Part shown: positions 25,401 to 35,252 of the stretch, in pieces
How the letters are laid out: every line of letters begins with the position of its first letter
Numbering within the stretch: the first letter of the stretch is position 1
Origin: Anolis carolinensis
Taxonomy: Eukaryota
Length of the DNA stretch: 64,000 nt
Assembly (NCBI RefSeq): GCF_035594765.1
Contig: NC_085846.1
Location: 30,615,190 to 30,679,189, forward strand
Reading direction: 5' to 3'
The notes under the pieces: model-generated
The model's input: the letters and a program-made list of their open reading frames with translations, nothing else
The model's database searches: none
What the model was told of the DNA's origin: nothing
Translations under genes and position numbers: made by a program

Positions 25401-28400
25401 AATGGGCTGTCTCTTAATATCTACTAAGAGGTATGGAAATGGCTCACTATCTAAAATAGTATCATGATTTAAATAATTAAAAATAGCAAGAGATGTAATA
25501 GTTTGGAAAGGCTTGTTAACTTATTTATTATGATATATCTGGTTTTATGGGTAAGTCACCTACATCAAGTTTAGTGCCAGAACCTCTTTGGATAAATACA
25601 AGGTGCCGGGATAATGGTTGACGATACTTCTGAAATGTTCCATAATATAGCTGCTTCCCAGCAAATTAAAAACCCTGGTCTATTATTATAATTTTTGATG
25701 ATGATGATGATATTTATTTATACCTCACTTTATCTCTCCCAAAGCAGACTCAAAGCACCTAGAATATTTAAGACATCTTTTGCAAAGACTACCGTTTAAT
25801 AGAAATGGAATGTGAAAGGGAATAGTCGAAAGCCTTTTCTTCGTATCTCAAAGCCTCTAAAATTAATTGATTTTTTGTTGTTGTACAGGTCCCCATTGTC
25901 CCTATTGTGACCTCCTCTTTAAAATGCTGCTACAGCTATAAAGAAAAGAAGTTAAAACCAGGTGAGTCTGAAGATCAATTGAAACCATGAACTAGGTGAC
26001 TAAACTACGATTGAGATTAAGCAAAATGGAAACACATAATTAGGGCTGCATTTTAAAATTTTGAATGCCAGGCGGATGTCTAATCTTGAGACAACTTGGA
26101 AGGTTAAGTTTCTTTCTCCATCAGTTTCAGTGCAACCCTAATCATGTTTACTCTGGTATAAATCTTATTGCTTTCACTTGTTGTTGTTGTTGTTGTTTGC
26201 CTTCAAGTCATTTCTGACTTATGACAACCCTAAGGCAATTCTATAATGGGGTTTTCTTGGCAAGATTTGTTTACTTTCAAGTAAAGGTGTAGAGGATTGC
26301 AAATTTATATCTTCTGCTCTCAAAGTTTAGGTACTCAGTTAATGAGTTAGGGTGAAGAGTAGCTGTACCCCCAAAATGATGTTTTTGGTTCACATAAATC
26401 TGCAAGTATTACATATGTTGTTGGAAATAGCAACCTTCTTGAAGCCTCCACTAGTTATTTGTTATGTATATAATTCAGTATGCAGTTTTCCTTGACTCTA
26501 TGTTGTGGGAGAAGCTGCAGACTATGTTATCAGAGCTTGTTCTGGGCTTGTTCAGGACTCAGACTCCATTGAGTGTGCTTTCAGATTCCAGTAGAATCAG
26601 AAGACATTAGACTTTCAATCTAGAGACTTTAGTAGAAAAAGTACAGTTTAGAAGTTAGTTGAAACAGACTATAGAGACTCGACTTTCAAAACAGAGAGAT
26701 TCTTTGGACTTCGGACTGTTGATTATGAGAAAGATGCCCTGTGTTACCTACACAGAGAAACTACTTTAAATCCTATTTGTAACTGGATTAATATGCAATG
26801 TACCTGTATGCTGAATACATGAAGTTTGTGAGTGAAGCAACTACATTACTTTTAAATAAGTCTACTTATTTTGTCTCTTGAGATCATGATTTTAAATCAA
26901 AACGTTTTAAGGGAGAGTAGATTTTTTTTGGGCAACTGAAAGAACACTTCTGAAACTCTGGTGTGTGTGTGTGTGTGTGTTTTGCACTGGCATATCTTTG
27001 TCCCTAACAGTTGAAAGAGATGTCTAGGTATATCAGTTTAACAGCCGAGAAACCTAATTGCCTTGCATGAATACTAATGGATATTTACCACTAGGGAGAA
27101 GGTTAACTAAGTTAGTTTTTAACGCTTCTCACGGAGATTTCCATTTCCCAGAAGGTTATAGTGAATGCCATTTTCCAAAAGGTTATGGCATCATTTTTCA
27201 AAATGTTAGCCCCCAATGGCGCATCAGGTTAAAGTGCTGAGCTGCTGAACTTGCTGAATGAAAGGTCAGCAGTTCGAATCCGGGAGTGGGGTGAGCTCCC
27301 ACTGTTAGCCCCAGCTTCTGCCAACATAGCAGTTCGAAAACAGGCAAATGTGACTAGATCAATAGGTACCGCTCTGGCAGGAAGGTAACGGTGTTCCATG
27401 CAGTCGTGCTGGCCACATGACCTTAGAGGTGTCTACGGACAATGCCGGCTCTTCGGCTTAGAAATGGAGATGAGCACCAACCTCCAGAGTTGGACTTGAC
27501 TGGACTGAATGTCAGGGGAAAACCTTTACCTTATGATTTCTAACAAGGTCGTGCCTTTCCAAAGATAATAATTTCTCTGAAATATGTATACACTGATGTC
27601 CACTGAGATTTGGTTCCAGGGCTCCTCTGGATACCAAACTCTTGCATGCTCAGGTTCCATTATATATAAAGACATAGTAAAATATTGTGCCTTATATAAC
27701 ATACTAGCTGTGCCCAGCCATGCGTTGCTGTGGCATTTTCTGGTGGTGTTGGTGAGAAATTGTTGAGGTAGTAGTGGTATTGAATGTCTGTTGTATGGTA
27801 GTCTTTATGTTTAGTATGCACACTGAAGTGGATTATATGGCAGTGTGGAGTAGAGGATAATCCAGTTCAAAACAGATAATATAAGATTCTAAATGGGTTA
27901 TATAGCTGTGTGGAAGGGCCTTGAGTCTACACTGCCATATAATCCATTTAAAATCTGATAATCTGTGGAAGAGGCCTAAGTGAGGCCTAACTGTGCCTGT
28001 CCCCGGGGCTGAGTAGGTTGCTAGGAGACCAAGTGGGCGGAGCTTAGCCTTCTAACTGGCAGCAATTGGATAAAAACTATTATTCCTCTCCCTCTAATTA
28101 GGACTTTATTTTTCTTTTCTTTTTGTTGTATCAACCTAGAGCCGTGAATGATAGGTTGTGTTGTCAAATTTCGAGGTTGGGGGGGCTGTAGTTTTGTTGT
28201 TTTGTCCGCTGCCCTGATGCCATCACTCTTTTATATATATAGATAAGGTACACCATTTTACTATACATGAGTCTTTATATTGGGAGAAAAATATCTTCTG
28301 AATAACACTCTATATTGTTCTAAGATTTTCAGTTTATTATTCTAAAAATAGTAAATACCTTCCAAAGATTCTTAAAGATTTTATTTTCCCTAGCATGAAT

Positions 28401-31400
28401 ATAAGAAAGTCATTTCATCACAAGGCACATCTACACTGACTACTTATTCCAAATGGCATTTGAATCAGCTCTGTAGTGGCTAAACAACGCACAAAGTTGA
28501 TTGGGATTAATGCGGACAACTATAAAATGGTCTTGAACTGTGTTAGCCAAAGTCTCAAGTTACTTTAAATTTCCTCTGAGAACCTGGAGCAAACTAATAT
28601 AAACAGTTGGGTCAGTTCTGAGATGGAACTGATTGCAACTGCTTACACATGGAGATATAATAAATTTTTCCAACCTTCTTCAGAAAAAATGCAAAACACA
28701 TTCCTGTGATTCCTTCTGCAGTGATGCATGTTTTAAAGTGTCCTTGAGGAAGCATTCAAGGAGCTAGCCTTGTTCATTTGTTTAGACATAAAAGAGGAAA
28801 GGGATGGGGGAGAAGGAGTCTAGCAGCATCTTTGAGACTGATTTATTTTAGCATGAGCTTTCCTGCATTTCAGTCCATTTATTCAGCTGCACTGACAGAG
28901 TACAATAATAAATCACCTGTGTTTAAGCAGTTACACAATTTTGAGGGTGGGATCTGAATATAATGGGATACAGAATGATGCAGATTGGACACTGGCCATT
29001 AACCTTCCGAGAGCTGAATGAGTTACAGTCCGTCAAGTCACAGGCCAGTTAGTTTTGAAGTATGAAGGCAATACATTCTGCGTGCCAGGAAGCCAGCTCT
29101 GTTGAACAGGAGGATTTTCCAAAGAGAGTCCTTTTGTTACAGGTGAATGGTGATGAAACCTATATATTAATAAATGTAGTTGCCAAGAAACCATCATCTC
29201 TGCTAAATTGCCCTCAAAGGTGTGCTTAGATGTCTCGTCTCACTTGTTGAACTAATAAAAATTATTTTTGTGCCTCATTCCTTCTTTTCTACCTCCCTAG
29301 AAATAAACAAAGCGCAGAAGGAAATATGATTGCTGCAATAAAAAATTAACATGATAGGAAAGAGGCAAGGCTACAGCCTTCCTACTGACATCAGTGTGTT
29401 AGTACAGTATTACATAGAGCCCATTGGACTGCATTTCATTTACCCATGTCTAAATATGTTTTTTCTAGGCATTTCCTAGGTCTTCCAGTGTGACCCAACT
29501 TCTGCTGGAAGTTGTTCATTCAATAGGATTTGCTATTGCCCATGGGTTTGTCTTGGAACATATCACTTGCAGATGCAGGGGTCATACTGTAAAAGGTAAA
29601 GGTAAATGTTTCCCTTTGACATTAAGTCTAGTTGTGTCCGACTCTGGGGGTTGGGGCTTGTCTCCATTTCTAAACCGAAAAGCCAGCATTGTCCGTAGAT
29701 GCCTCCAAGGTCAGGTGCATGACTGCATGGAGCGCCATTACCTTCTTGCTGAAACGGGAACTATTGCTCTACTCACATTTGCATGTTTGCAAACTGCTAG
29801 GTTGGCAGAAGCTGGGGCTAACAACGGGAGCTCACCCTGATCCCCGAATTTGAACTGTCGACCTTTCGGTCAACAAGTTCAGCAGCTCAGCGGTTTAATC
29901 TGCCCCAGGGGTGCTTGGGGTCATACTGTATTTCAAGTAAAGACCAAACATATGAAAGAGAACTGAGACATGGGTTAATTATCTTAACAAAAACTAGGAA
30001 ATATCTGGGAATAAGTTGACTTTTTTTAACTACAGAATCCTAGGATGTGCAGGTTGATGAGGCACCAACACTTTTTGTCAGAGAGAGTGAATGACCTTGT
30101 AAAACTATAACTCTCATTATTCCTTAGCATTATGCCATGGTAGTTAGTGGCATCAAAACTGCATTTGTTCTACAGTGTAAATGCATCCTTATTCATGTGT
30201 TTCTTTGCAAAACTAGTATACTGTCTACATTCATGAACAGCGTGATGCATACATTATGAAGGGAGCAAACTCCAAAATACATAATTATTGATTGGCATCT
30301 TGTTTACTCCTTAAAAAAATATATAATAACACTTTATTTATATTCTGCTCTATCTCCCCGAGTGGACTCAGAGCAGATGACAACATACACAGATAGGCAA
30401 ACATTGAATGTGTTTAATACAGTGGAACAACAATGACATACAGATACACAGACCAAAGATAAAGGCTTCCCCTTTCATCTCTGGCTTTCTGGAGGCGGCG
30501 CTCAACTCTGGCCATGGGGAGGTGCTCTTGTTCCATTTCCAAGCTGAGGAGCCTGTTGTCCGTAGACACCTCCTGGTCGTGTTGCCAGCATGGCTGCATG
30601 GGTGCCTTTATTACCTTTCTGCCGAAGCAGTACCTATCCATTGACTCACATTTGCATGGTTTCGAACTGCTAGCTTGGCAGGAGCTAGGTCTAACAACAG
30701 GAGCTAACCCTGACCTGCGGCTTCGAACTGCCAATCTTTAGGTCCGCAGATTCAACAATTCATTGGTTTAACCCATTGCACCACCATGGTTGGAAAAACT
30801 TTCCAACCTTCAAATGAGGGCCATCCCTTATAACAGTTGACACCTGCCATTTTATGAGACAAGACTTCTAACTTTCTAATAAAGGGCATCTGACAATCCT
30901 AAGGGAGTGTAGTGTTTGTGTGTATATACGTGTGCACGTGGGGTGGGGAGTACAGCCCCTCTCCCCCAGTCTCCTAAGGGGCTTGTGCACCCCCAAACCT
31001 TTAGTAGTTGTCTACCTCTGATCTGGACATAAATATTCACCTGCTGAATTTCTTTTTAGCTTGTTAAAAACCTGGCAGCTCTGCTAGAAAACAAAAGACT
31101 GGCGATCTTACTCTTAAAGCCATCGGTTCAGTCGATGACATACAGGTTAAAAGGATCTCGGCATGCCGTAGAAGAAAATAATCACCTGATGTTATGTAAA
31201 ATTTTGGAGAGTTCAGCTCAAGCACGTACATGTGCGTTCCAAATCATTAAGTGTTCAACATTCACGTTTGCAGCAATGATACATCTCTGTTCCAACAAGG
31301 AGGTGGGAATGGTGCATTGCAGCTATTAAACACATAGTGTAAGACAAATACCGGTATGTCAGCACTGCAAACCTATTCTCCACATATTCAGTATCTTTAC

Positions 31401-32110
31401 TTTTAAACTAGACATGATGACGACTAACTGCTTTGTGAGCAGTGGGTTGTTTTCTTTAAAAGCAACCTTGGGAATTGGGGCAATAACTCATACTATTGCA
31501 ACAGATTTAAGGGGGACAGATTTAAGTCTTCACCTCTGCTGTAGTTTTGCTGTTTTGATACATGATTTTCATCTTTTTTAGACTTAGGAGGATGTATATT
31601 TAATCCCATTCTGATATATAGAGCTCACACTTCCATTTTTATGTTTTGCTGTCTTTGTCCTTGCCCATGTTCCTGATGTTCCTGAGCCCACTTTGAGTAA
31701 GGCTGAAGCAAGCCAGTCAGAGGCAGAGCCATGCTTTCATTGATTAATCAAATTGTGTGATTGTTAGCTGCCTTGACTCCCCTTGGGGAGAAAGGTGGGG
31801 TATAAATATAGCAAAAATAAATAAATAAATAAATATACTTCAGTGCCTGAGACATTTCAGAATTGCTCCAGGCCCTTTCAGTGGTTCTCATCCTCATACA
31901 GAGAAATACTATGCATGATCAGTCCCATTCCCACTGTATTCAATGCAGCTCACTCCTAGGAATCTGTGCATGCAAATACAGCCTTAATCATGACTAATTG
32001 GGTCAGGGGACACTGAATATTTACTTTTCAGTTATATGTATATGCATGTGTGTGTATGCGTATGCACATAAGTTTATGTACACATGACACACCCACTAAC
32101 AAATCAAGAC

Positions 32111-32163
<53 letters not shown>

Positions 32164-34833
32164 TTACAAATTACAGCACACCTATATGGCAAACATTCAG
32201 TGCTGTTATACAATTAACAAGGACAGGCAATACAAAAACAGAGGTAAAGGCTTTATCCATCTTTTTCATTTCTGGCATCTGGAGGCTGTGCTTGACTCCA
32301 GCCATGGGGGGAGGGTTCTGTCCCTCCATCTTCCATGCTGAGGAGCTTTGTCATCTAAGACATCCTCCCGATCAAATCGTCAGTATGTCCTTATAGGCGC
32401 TTTTATTACCTCCCCTCTTAAACTGGTACCTATTTACTCACATTTCTGTTTTCAATATGCTAGGTGGGCAGGGAGCTGGGTCTGATGGTGGGTGCTCACT
32501 CCGATCCGGGCTTGAACTCCCAACCTTTTGATTGGCAGGATTTTCTGTAGCTTAACAGTAACTAAGCCCGGCCCCAGTACACTGATGAAATAGCAGAATA
32601 TTCTCAAGACAGCAAAATTATGAATGGGGAAGAACATATCGTTAGGAAAGGTTGCAGCAGTTTAACTTTTGCTTGAAAAGCAATATTTCACAATTCCTCC
32701 TCTAACCCCTACTATGGTAACTGTAAGGAAACTACTTTTGCACTTTGATTTGAGTTTGCAACAATTGAAATCAGCTGAGGCGAACAGGCCCAAAAGTATG
32801 AAGATTTTGGGATAAAATTCTAGCATGGATAAAACGAATAATGGGGGAAACAATACACTTCAGGGGAGCTTTAATACAGATCTTGGAATTCGAAAGTGAA
32901 AATAAGCATTAGGTAAATAAAAATCTGTATCACCCATGCTATGTGCTGCAAGACTCAAAATAGTCAGAATTTGGAAAAAATTAGAGATTTGGTCAATAAA
33001 GAATTAGTTAAATATGATATGGGCTATAGCGCTATCAGAAAAGTTAACCAATGCATCAAAATGTAGAGATGGGAATAGTTAATGTAACAATGAAAATGTA
33101 TCTTGCTAAATGTTTTTTTATTATAAAATAAATAAATAAAATGAAGCAAGCTGAGGACAAAGAAGGAAGTGGGAAGAAACAAGAATAACAGGGACATTGT
33201 GGTGACAGAAGATTAATTAAGTCTGTTTCTGACAAATTGGAACAGTTGTAAGGTGTGACACACACAGAGACACAACTATGCAGACAATATTTTGTCCCAT
33301 TAGTCTTGTAAGTTCCTGAATTCTAGTATTCTGGCCAGGGAGCACAATAGCACTGGAATAGGTAAGGAAGTTTCTGTGCATTTTAAAATGTATAATTGTT
33401 TTACAATTTTCATCTCTCCCCCCCCCCTTCTCTTTCACACACATGCATTTCTTCATTTATTTTCTGAGAAGTCCACAGCTAGAAGCACCTTTTTGTTTTG
33501 TTTGGGATCAACCAAAATGCCTAACACTGTGTGTTATGGGATTTTAATTGTTCCTGGTAAAGTTATTGCCAGCCTTATGTGTGGATTTTTACTTTGATTG
33601 CCTTTTCTGGTCTTTGTTTCTGTGAGTTTTCCAAGCTGTATAGCCATGTTCAAGAAGCATTCTCTCCTGACATTTCACCCATATCTATGGCAGGCATCCT
33701 CAGAGGTTGTGAGGATGCCTGCCATAGATGTGGGCAAAACTTCAGGAGAAAATGCTTCTGGAACATGGCCATAAAGCCCGGAAAACTCACAGCGACCCAG
33801 TGATTCCAGCCATGAAAGCCTCTCTTGGTTTCTTTGGTGCCTTCTGAAATACACTCACATTCCAAACATTCTAGAACTCACTCTTTAACTGATAACCCAT
33901 CATTTACCAATTAGTTCCCATAAAGTGACATTCCCCTTAGCCACGGTGGATCGTTAATAGGTCTTCTTCACAGACTAATTAAGGTTGCCCTGTTAATCCC
34001 AGCAATGCAGTATGCAATTGGAGAGTATCATGTAGGACAAGCCTGGCCTTTACAAGCTGTGTATAAATTAACTATTCCTGGACTGGACTATGAAAAAAAA
34101 GATGGTTTGTCTTCAGAATTGGCATGACCAGAGAGAGAGAGATTGCACCTTTCCCCCCAATAATTAACATTTTAATGACCTACGTGAAAAGATTTCTCCC
34201 CTATGGTAGAGTGCTCAGATATATAGTTCTTCTAGTTAGTAGCCTGATATTCATTCCAGAAACAGTTTTGGCAGAGGATGAGCTGTTCATTCTATCATGC
34301 AAGTGACAATATTTTCATTCCCCCAGGGCTGTAAGGCATTATTCATATTAGTACCAATAAAACTCCTCTAGATACGATGTACTCAAATCAGGGCTCTCTG
34401 GTTTGATTCTAGTACCTCTGCAGTTGGTCCCTGGAAAGTTTCCAGGAAAGTAAAAGAAAAATATGCACAATAACAAGGTGCTGGGCTGGTATGGAATAGC
34501 TAATAGTGATTGCACAACTGGAATAGCATCTTGTGTGATAAAGTCCTTAGAAAGAATGAACAAAGCTATCATTTTTATAGAGCCACCTATATGCTTGTAT
34601 CCAATCCGCCACAGCTTTTCCCTCTGCTAAATACTGCTATTTTCACATTGTTTCATTACATCTCTTAACCCCCAACAGGAAACTGTACCATCCGAATTTT
34701 ACCCAAGATAGAAACGCAAGGCCTTGGACTAGAAGAAGTCACAGCACTGGCTGAGAGCACCCGTAAATTGATGCAGGAAACTTTCTATGAGATTTCTGAG
34801 GATCTGCATGGTGAGAAGGAAATGAAACAGTGA
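3731..34833 (+). CDS. 1-acyl-sn-glycerol-3-phosphate acyltransferase (AGPAT1/AGPAT2-like LPAAT), complete spliced CDS join(3731..3921,18713..18846,20975..21150,24688..24783,25889..25961,34679..34833), 274 aa
   Basis: Six exons of 191+134+176+96+73+155=825 nt in one frame, all GT-AG; PlsC motifs [35 protein letters not shown]; internal exon sizes match the AGPAT1/2 structure as recalled; strong Kozak atcATGG. Confidence 0.93.
4904..5216. promoter_or_regulatory. Imperfect foldback element with convergent CTCF-consensus motifs at both ends
   Basis: CCACTAGGGAGCACTAG (4904-4920,+) and CCACTAGGTGGCACTAG (5200-5216,-); arms pair over about 45 bp, plus inner arms 5033-5068/5121-5157; L2-type tail inserted at about 4960-5027. 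Confidence 0.55.
5740..5886. mobile_element. Harbinger-type palindromic MITE
   Basis: cccttctaaactgccata..ggcagtgtagaagagggcc with internal ataatccag/ctggattat palindromes; same family as 2651. Confidence 0.75.
7183..7244. repeat. Compound (TC)n(TA)n microsatellite
   Basis: Direct reading. Confidence 0.95.
7247..7569. mobile_element. Tc1/mariner-superfamily MITE
   Basis: TIR cagtagagtctcacttatccaac / gttggataagtgagactctactg with TA TSD; second copy at 59876-60196. Confidence 0.88.
7600..8087 (+). mobile_element. Non-autonomous Helitron
   Basis: 3' subterminal hairpin gccacagcaatgcgtggc followed by CTAA|T; 5' end in TA tract (tatataaaagagtgatgg); reverse-complement homolog at 27704-28243. 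Confidence 0.75.
8091..8140. repeat. (TA)n microsatellite
   Basis: Direct reading. Confidence 0.95.
10140..10715 (-). mobile_element. L1 LINE 3' fragment (ORF2 C-terminus, 3' UTR, A-rich tail)
   Basis: ORF 10403..10675 (..[35 protein letters not shown]) resembles the non-mammalian L1 ORF2 C-terminus; AATAAA and A-rich tail on - near 10140-10185. Confidence 0.8.
13385..13441. repeat. (ATT)n microsatellite
   Basis: Direct reading. Confidence 0.95.
16053..16362 (+). mobile_element. Sauria SINE
   Basis: gggagccccggtggcaaagtgtgttaaag..ggttcaaaccccg head; body; acctttacctttt tail. Confidence 0.92.
16390..17164. mobile_element. Harbinger-type MITE split by an antisense L2 3' fragment (about 16489-17125)
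   Basis: MITE reads ..gtgaattatct | insert | tttgatactagattatatggcagtatagaagggacc; the insert is the reverse complement of the L2 3' end seen at 58560-59122. Confidence 0.75.
17213..17459. mobile_element. Two adjacent Harbinger-type palindromic MITEs (17213-17293, 17318-17459)
   Basis: ataatccagttcaaagcagataat core with ggatcta/tagatcc termini. Confidence 0.7.
18713..18846 (+). CDS. AGPAT1/2-like exon 2 (catalytic HX4D motif)
   Basis: ctctctgtag| [45 protein letters not shown] |gtaagt; 134 nt. Confidence 0.93.
20455..20657 (+). repeat. Degenerate minisatellite, units of about 14-18 bp (gaRgcYttctcatact)
   Basis: Repeated gaagccttctcatact / gaggctttctcacatt / gtagcttcacaca units. Confidence 0.7.
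20975..21150 (+). CDS. AGPAT1/2-like exon 3
   Basis: ttttaag| [58 protein letters not shown] |gtgagt; 176 nt. Confidence 0.94.
21340..21735 (-). mobile_element. Old CR1 3' fragment hosting a hAT MITE
   Basis: gacttggaagggacctcatggaccatctagcc..aagaagttcttcctaatg matches the CR1 3' end pattern at 1-240. Confidence 0.65.
21384..21516. mobile_element. hAT MITE with SPIN-like TIR
   Basis: TIR cagtgaatttcaacctgtgg / ccacaggttgagaaacactg; perfect 8-bp TSD atctagcc. Confidence 0.88.
21758..21883. mobile_element. hAT MITE with SPIN-like TIR
   Basis: cattggttctcaac..gagaatcactg; TSD acatagag/gcgtagag. Confidence 0.82.
22655..22797. mobile_element. Harbinger-type palindromic MITE
   Basis: gcccctttctacactgccata..ggcagtgtaaaagggacc. 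Confidence 0.78.
23335..23977 (+). mobile_element. CR1 3' fragment (about 23400-23977) with an inverted duplicate of its 5' end (23335-23395)
   Basis: ..[29 protein letters not shown]..; 3' tail attctatgattctatga; ORF 23130..23423(-) carries the same [14 protein letters not shown] motif. Confidence 0.9.
24094..24426 (-). mobile_element. Sauria SINE inserted into a MITE TIR
   Basis: aaaggtaaaggtaaag tail, body, and head ..cggattcgaacc..cgccatcggaggctcc; flanks gtgcatcta / gtgcgtcta. Confidence 0.9.
24688..24783 (+). CDS. AGPAT1/2-like exon 4 (PEGTR motif)
   Basis: gcccag| [32 protein letters not shown] |gtaaat; 96 nt. Confidence 0.94.
25079..25360. mobile_element. Two Harbinger-type palindromic MITEs (25079-25181, 25212-25360)
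   Basis: TIRs ggctggatcta/tagatggggcc and gggccttttctacac/gtgtagaagggccc. Confidence 0.75.
25889..25961 (+). CDS. AGPAT1/2-like exon 5
   Basis: gtacag| [24 protein letters not shown](G) |gtgagt; 73 nt. Confidence 0.92.
27208..27532 (+). mobile_element. Sauria SINE
   Basis: tggcgcatcaggttaaagtgctgagc..gttcgaatccggg head; acctttacctt tail. Confidence 0.9.
27704..28243 (-). mobile_element. Non-autonomous Helitron
   Basis: On - strand begins A|TC (28243) and ends CTAG|T (27704), with subterminal hairpin gccacagcaacgcatggc and no TSD; contains Harbinger-MITE fragments. Confidence 0.82.
29592..29916 (-). mobile_element. Sauria SINE
   Basis: Perfect 14-bp TSD ggggtcatactgta (29578-29591, 29917-29930). 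Confidence 0.92.
30322..30790 (-). mobile_element. Sauria-like SINE with an extended L2-type 3' tail
   Basis: Sauria-like head and body (30465-30790) continue into ..ctgagtccactcggggagatagagcagaatataaataaagtgttattat, an L2-like 3' end. Confidence 0.65.
32111..32575 (-). mobile_element. Sauria-like SINE with extended tail ending in (ATT)n
   Basis: Diverged body; shares the ggcaaacatt segment with the 30322 copy; (AAT)n at 32111-32163. Confidence 0.55.
33622..33820. mobile_element. Internally deleted Penelope-like element: two inverted termini forming a hairpin
   Basis: 33622-33701 is the reverse complement of 33710-33790; the junction falls at a TGAGG microhomology. Confidence 0.82.
33664..33708 (-). 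ncRNA. Minimal hammerhead ribozyme motif (Penelope-associated)
   Basis: - strand reads CCU-CUGAGGA-U-GCCUG..(loop)..UGGGU-GAAA-U-GUC^AGG: CUGANGA and GAAA boxes, stem II, GUC cleavage triplet, 3-bp stem I. Confidence 0.55.
34679..34833 (+). CDS. AGPAT1/2-like last coding exon
   Basis: ccaacag| (G)[50 protein letters not shown] with TGA at 34831-34833. Confidence 0.9.
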
Positions 34834-34906
34834 GTTCCCATGGAAGACATCAGAGGACGTTTCATCTCTCTTTCAAACCATCAGTTGATAATGACTGAAC
34901 TGAATA

Positions 34907-35252
34907 CAGGTTGAATATCTCTTATCCAAAATGGTTGGAACCAGAAAGTGTTTTGGATTTTGGATTGTTTTTATTTATTTATTTTGGAACAGCTGTGTTT
35001 GCATATATCTACACAATGAGATATCTTGGAGACAGGGCCTAAGTCAATCACAAAATTCATTTATGTTTCATAGACATTGACATCTTATATATATAGCCAG
35101 GAGGTAATTTTATACACACTATGTTTGATCATTTTATGCATGAAACAAAGTTTGTGTACATTGAACCATCACAAAGCAAATGTTCCACTATGTCAGCCAT
35201 CCAGGTGGACAATTCTGGATTTTGGAATTCCAGAAATGTGATGCTCAACGTG
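34907..35252. mobile_element. Tigger/pogo-type MITE just downstream of the AGPAT-like stop codon
   Basis: TA|caggttgaatatctcttatccaaaatg .. gatgctcaacgtg|TA; terminus resembles Tigger4/MER46-type TIRs. Confidence 0.7.

Noticed and set aside
26460-27009. Solo LTR (TGTTA..TAACA)
   Set aside because: Termini fit but there is no matching TSD and no second copy in the window; cannot be supported
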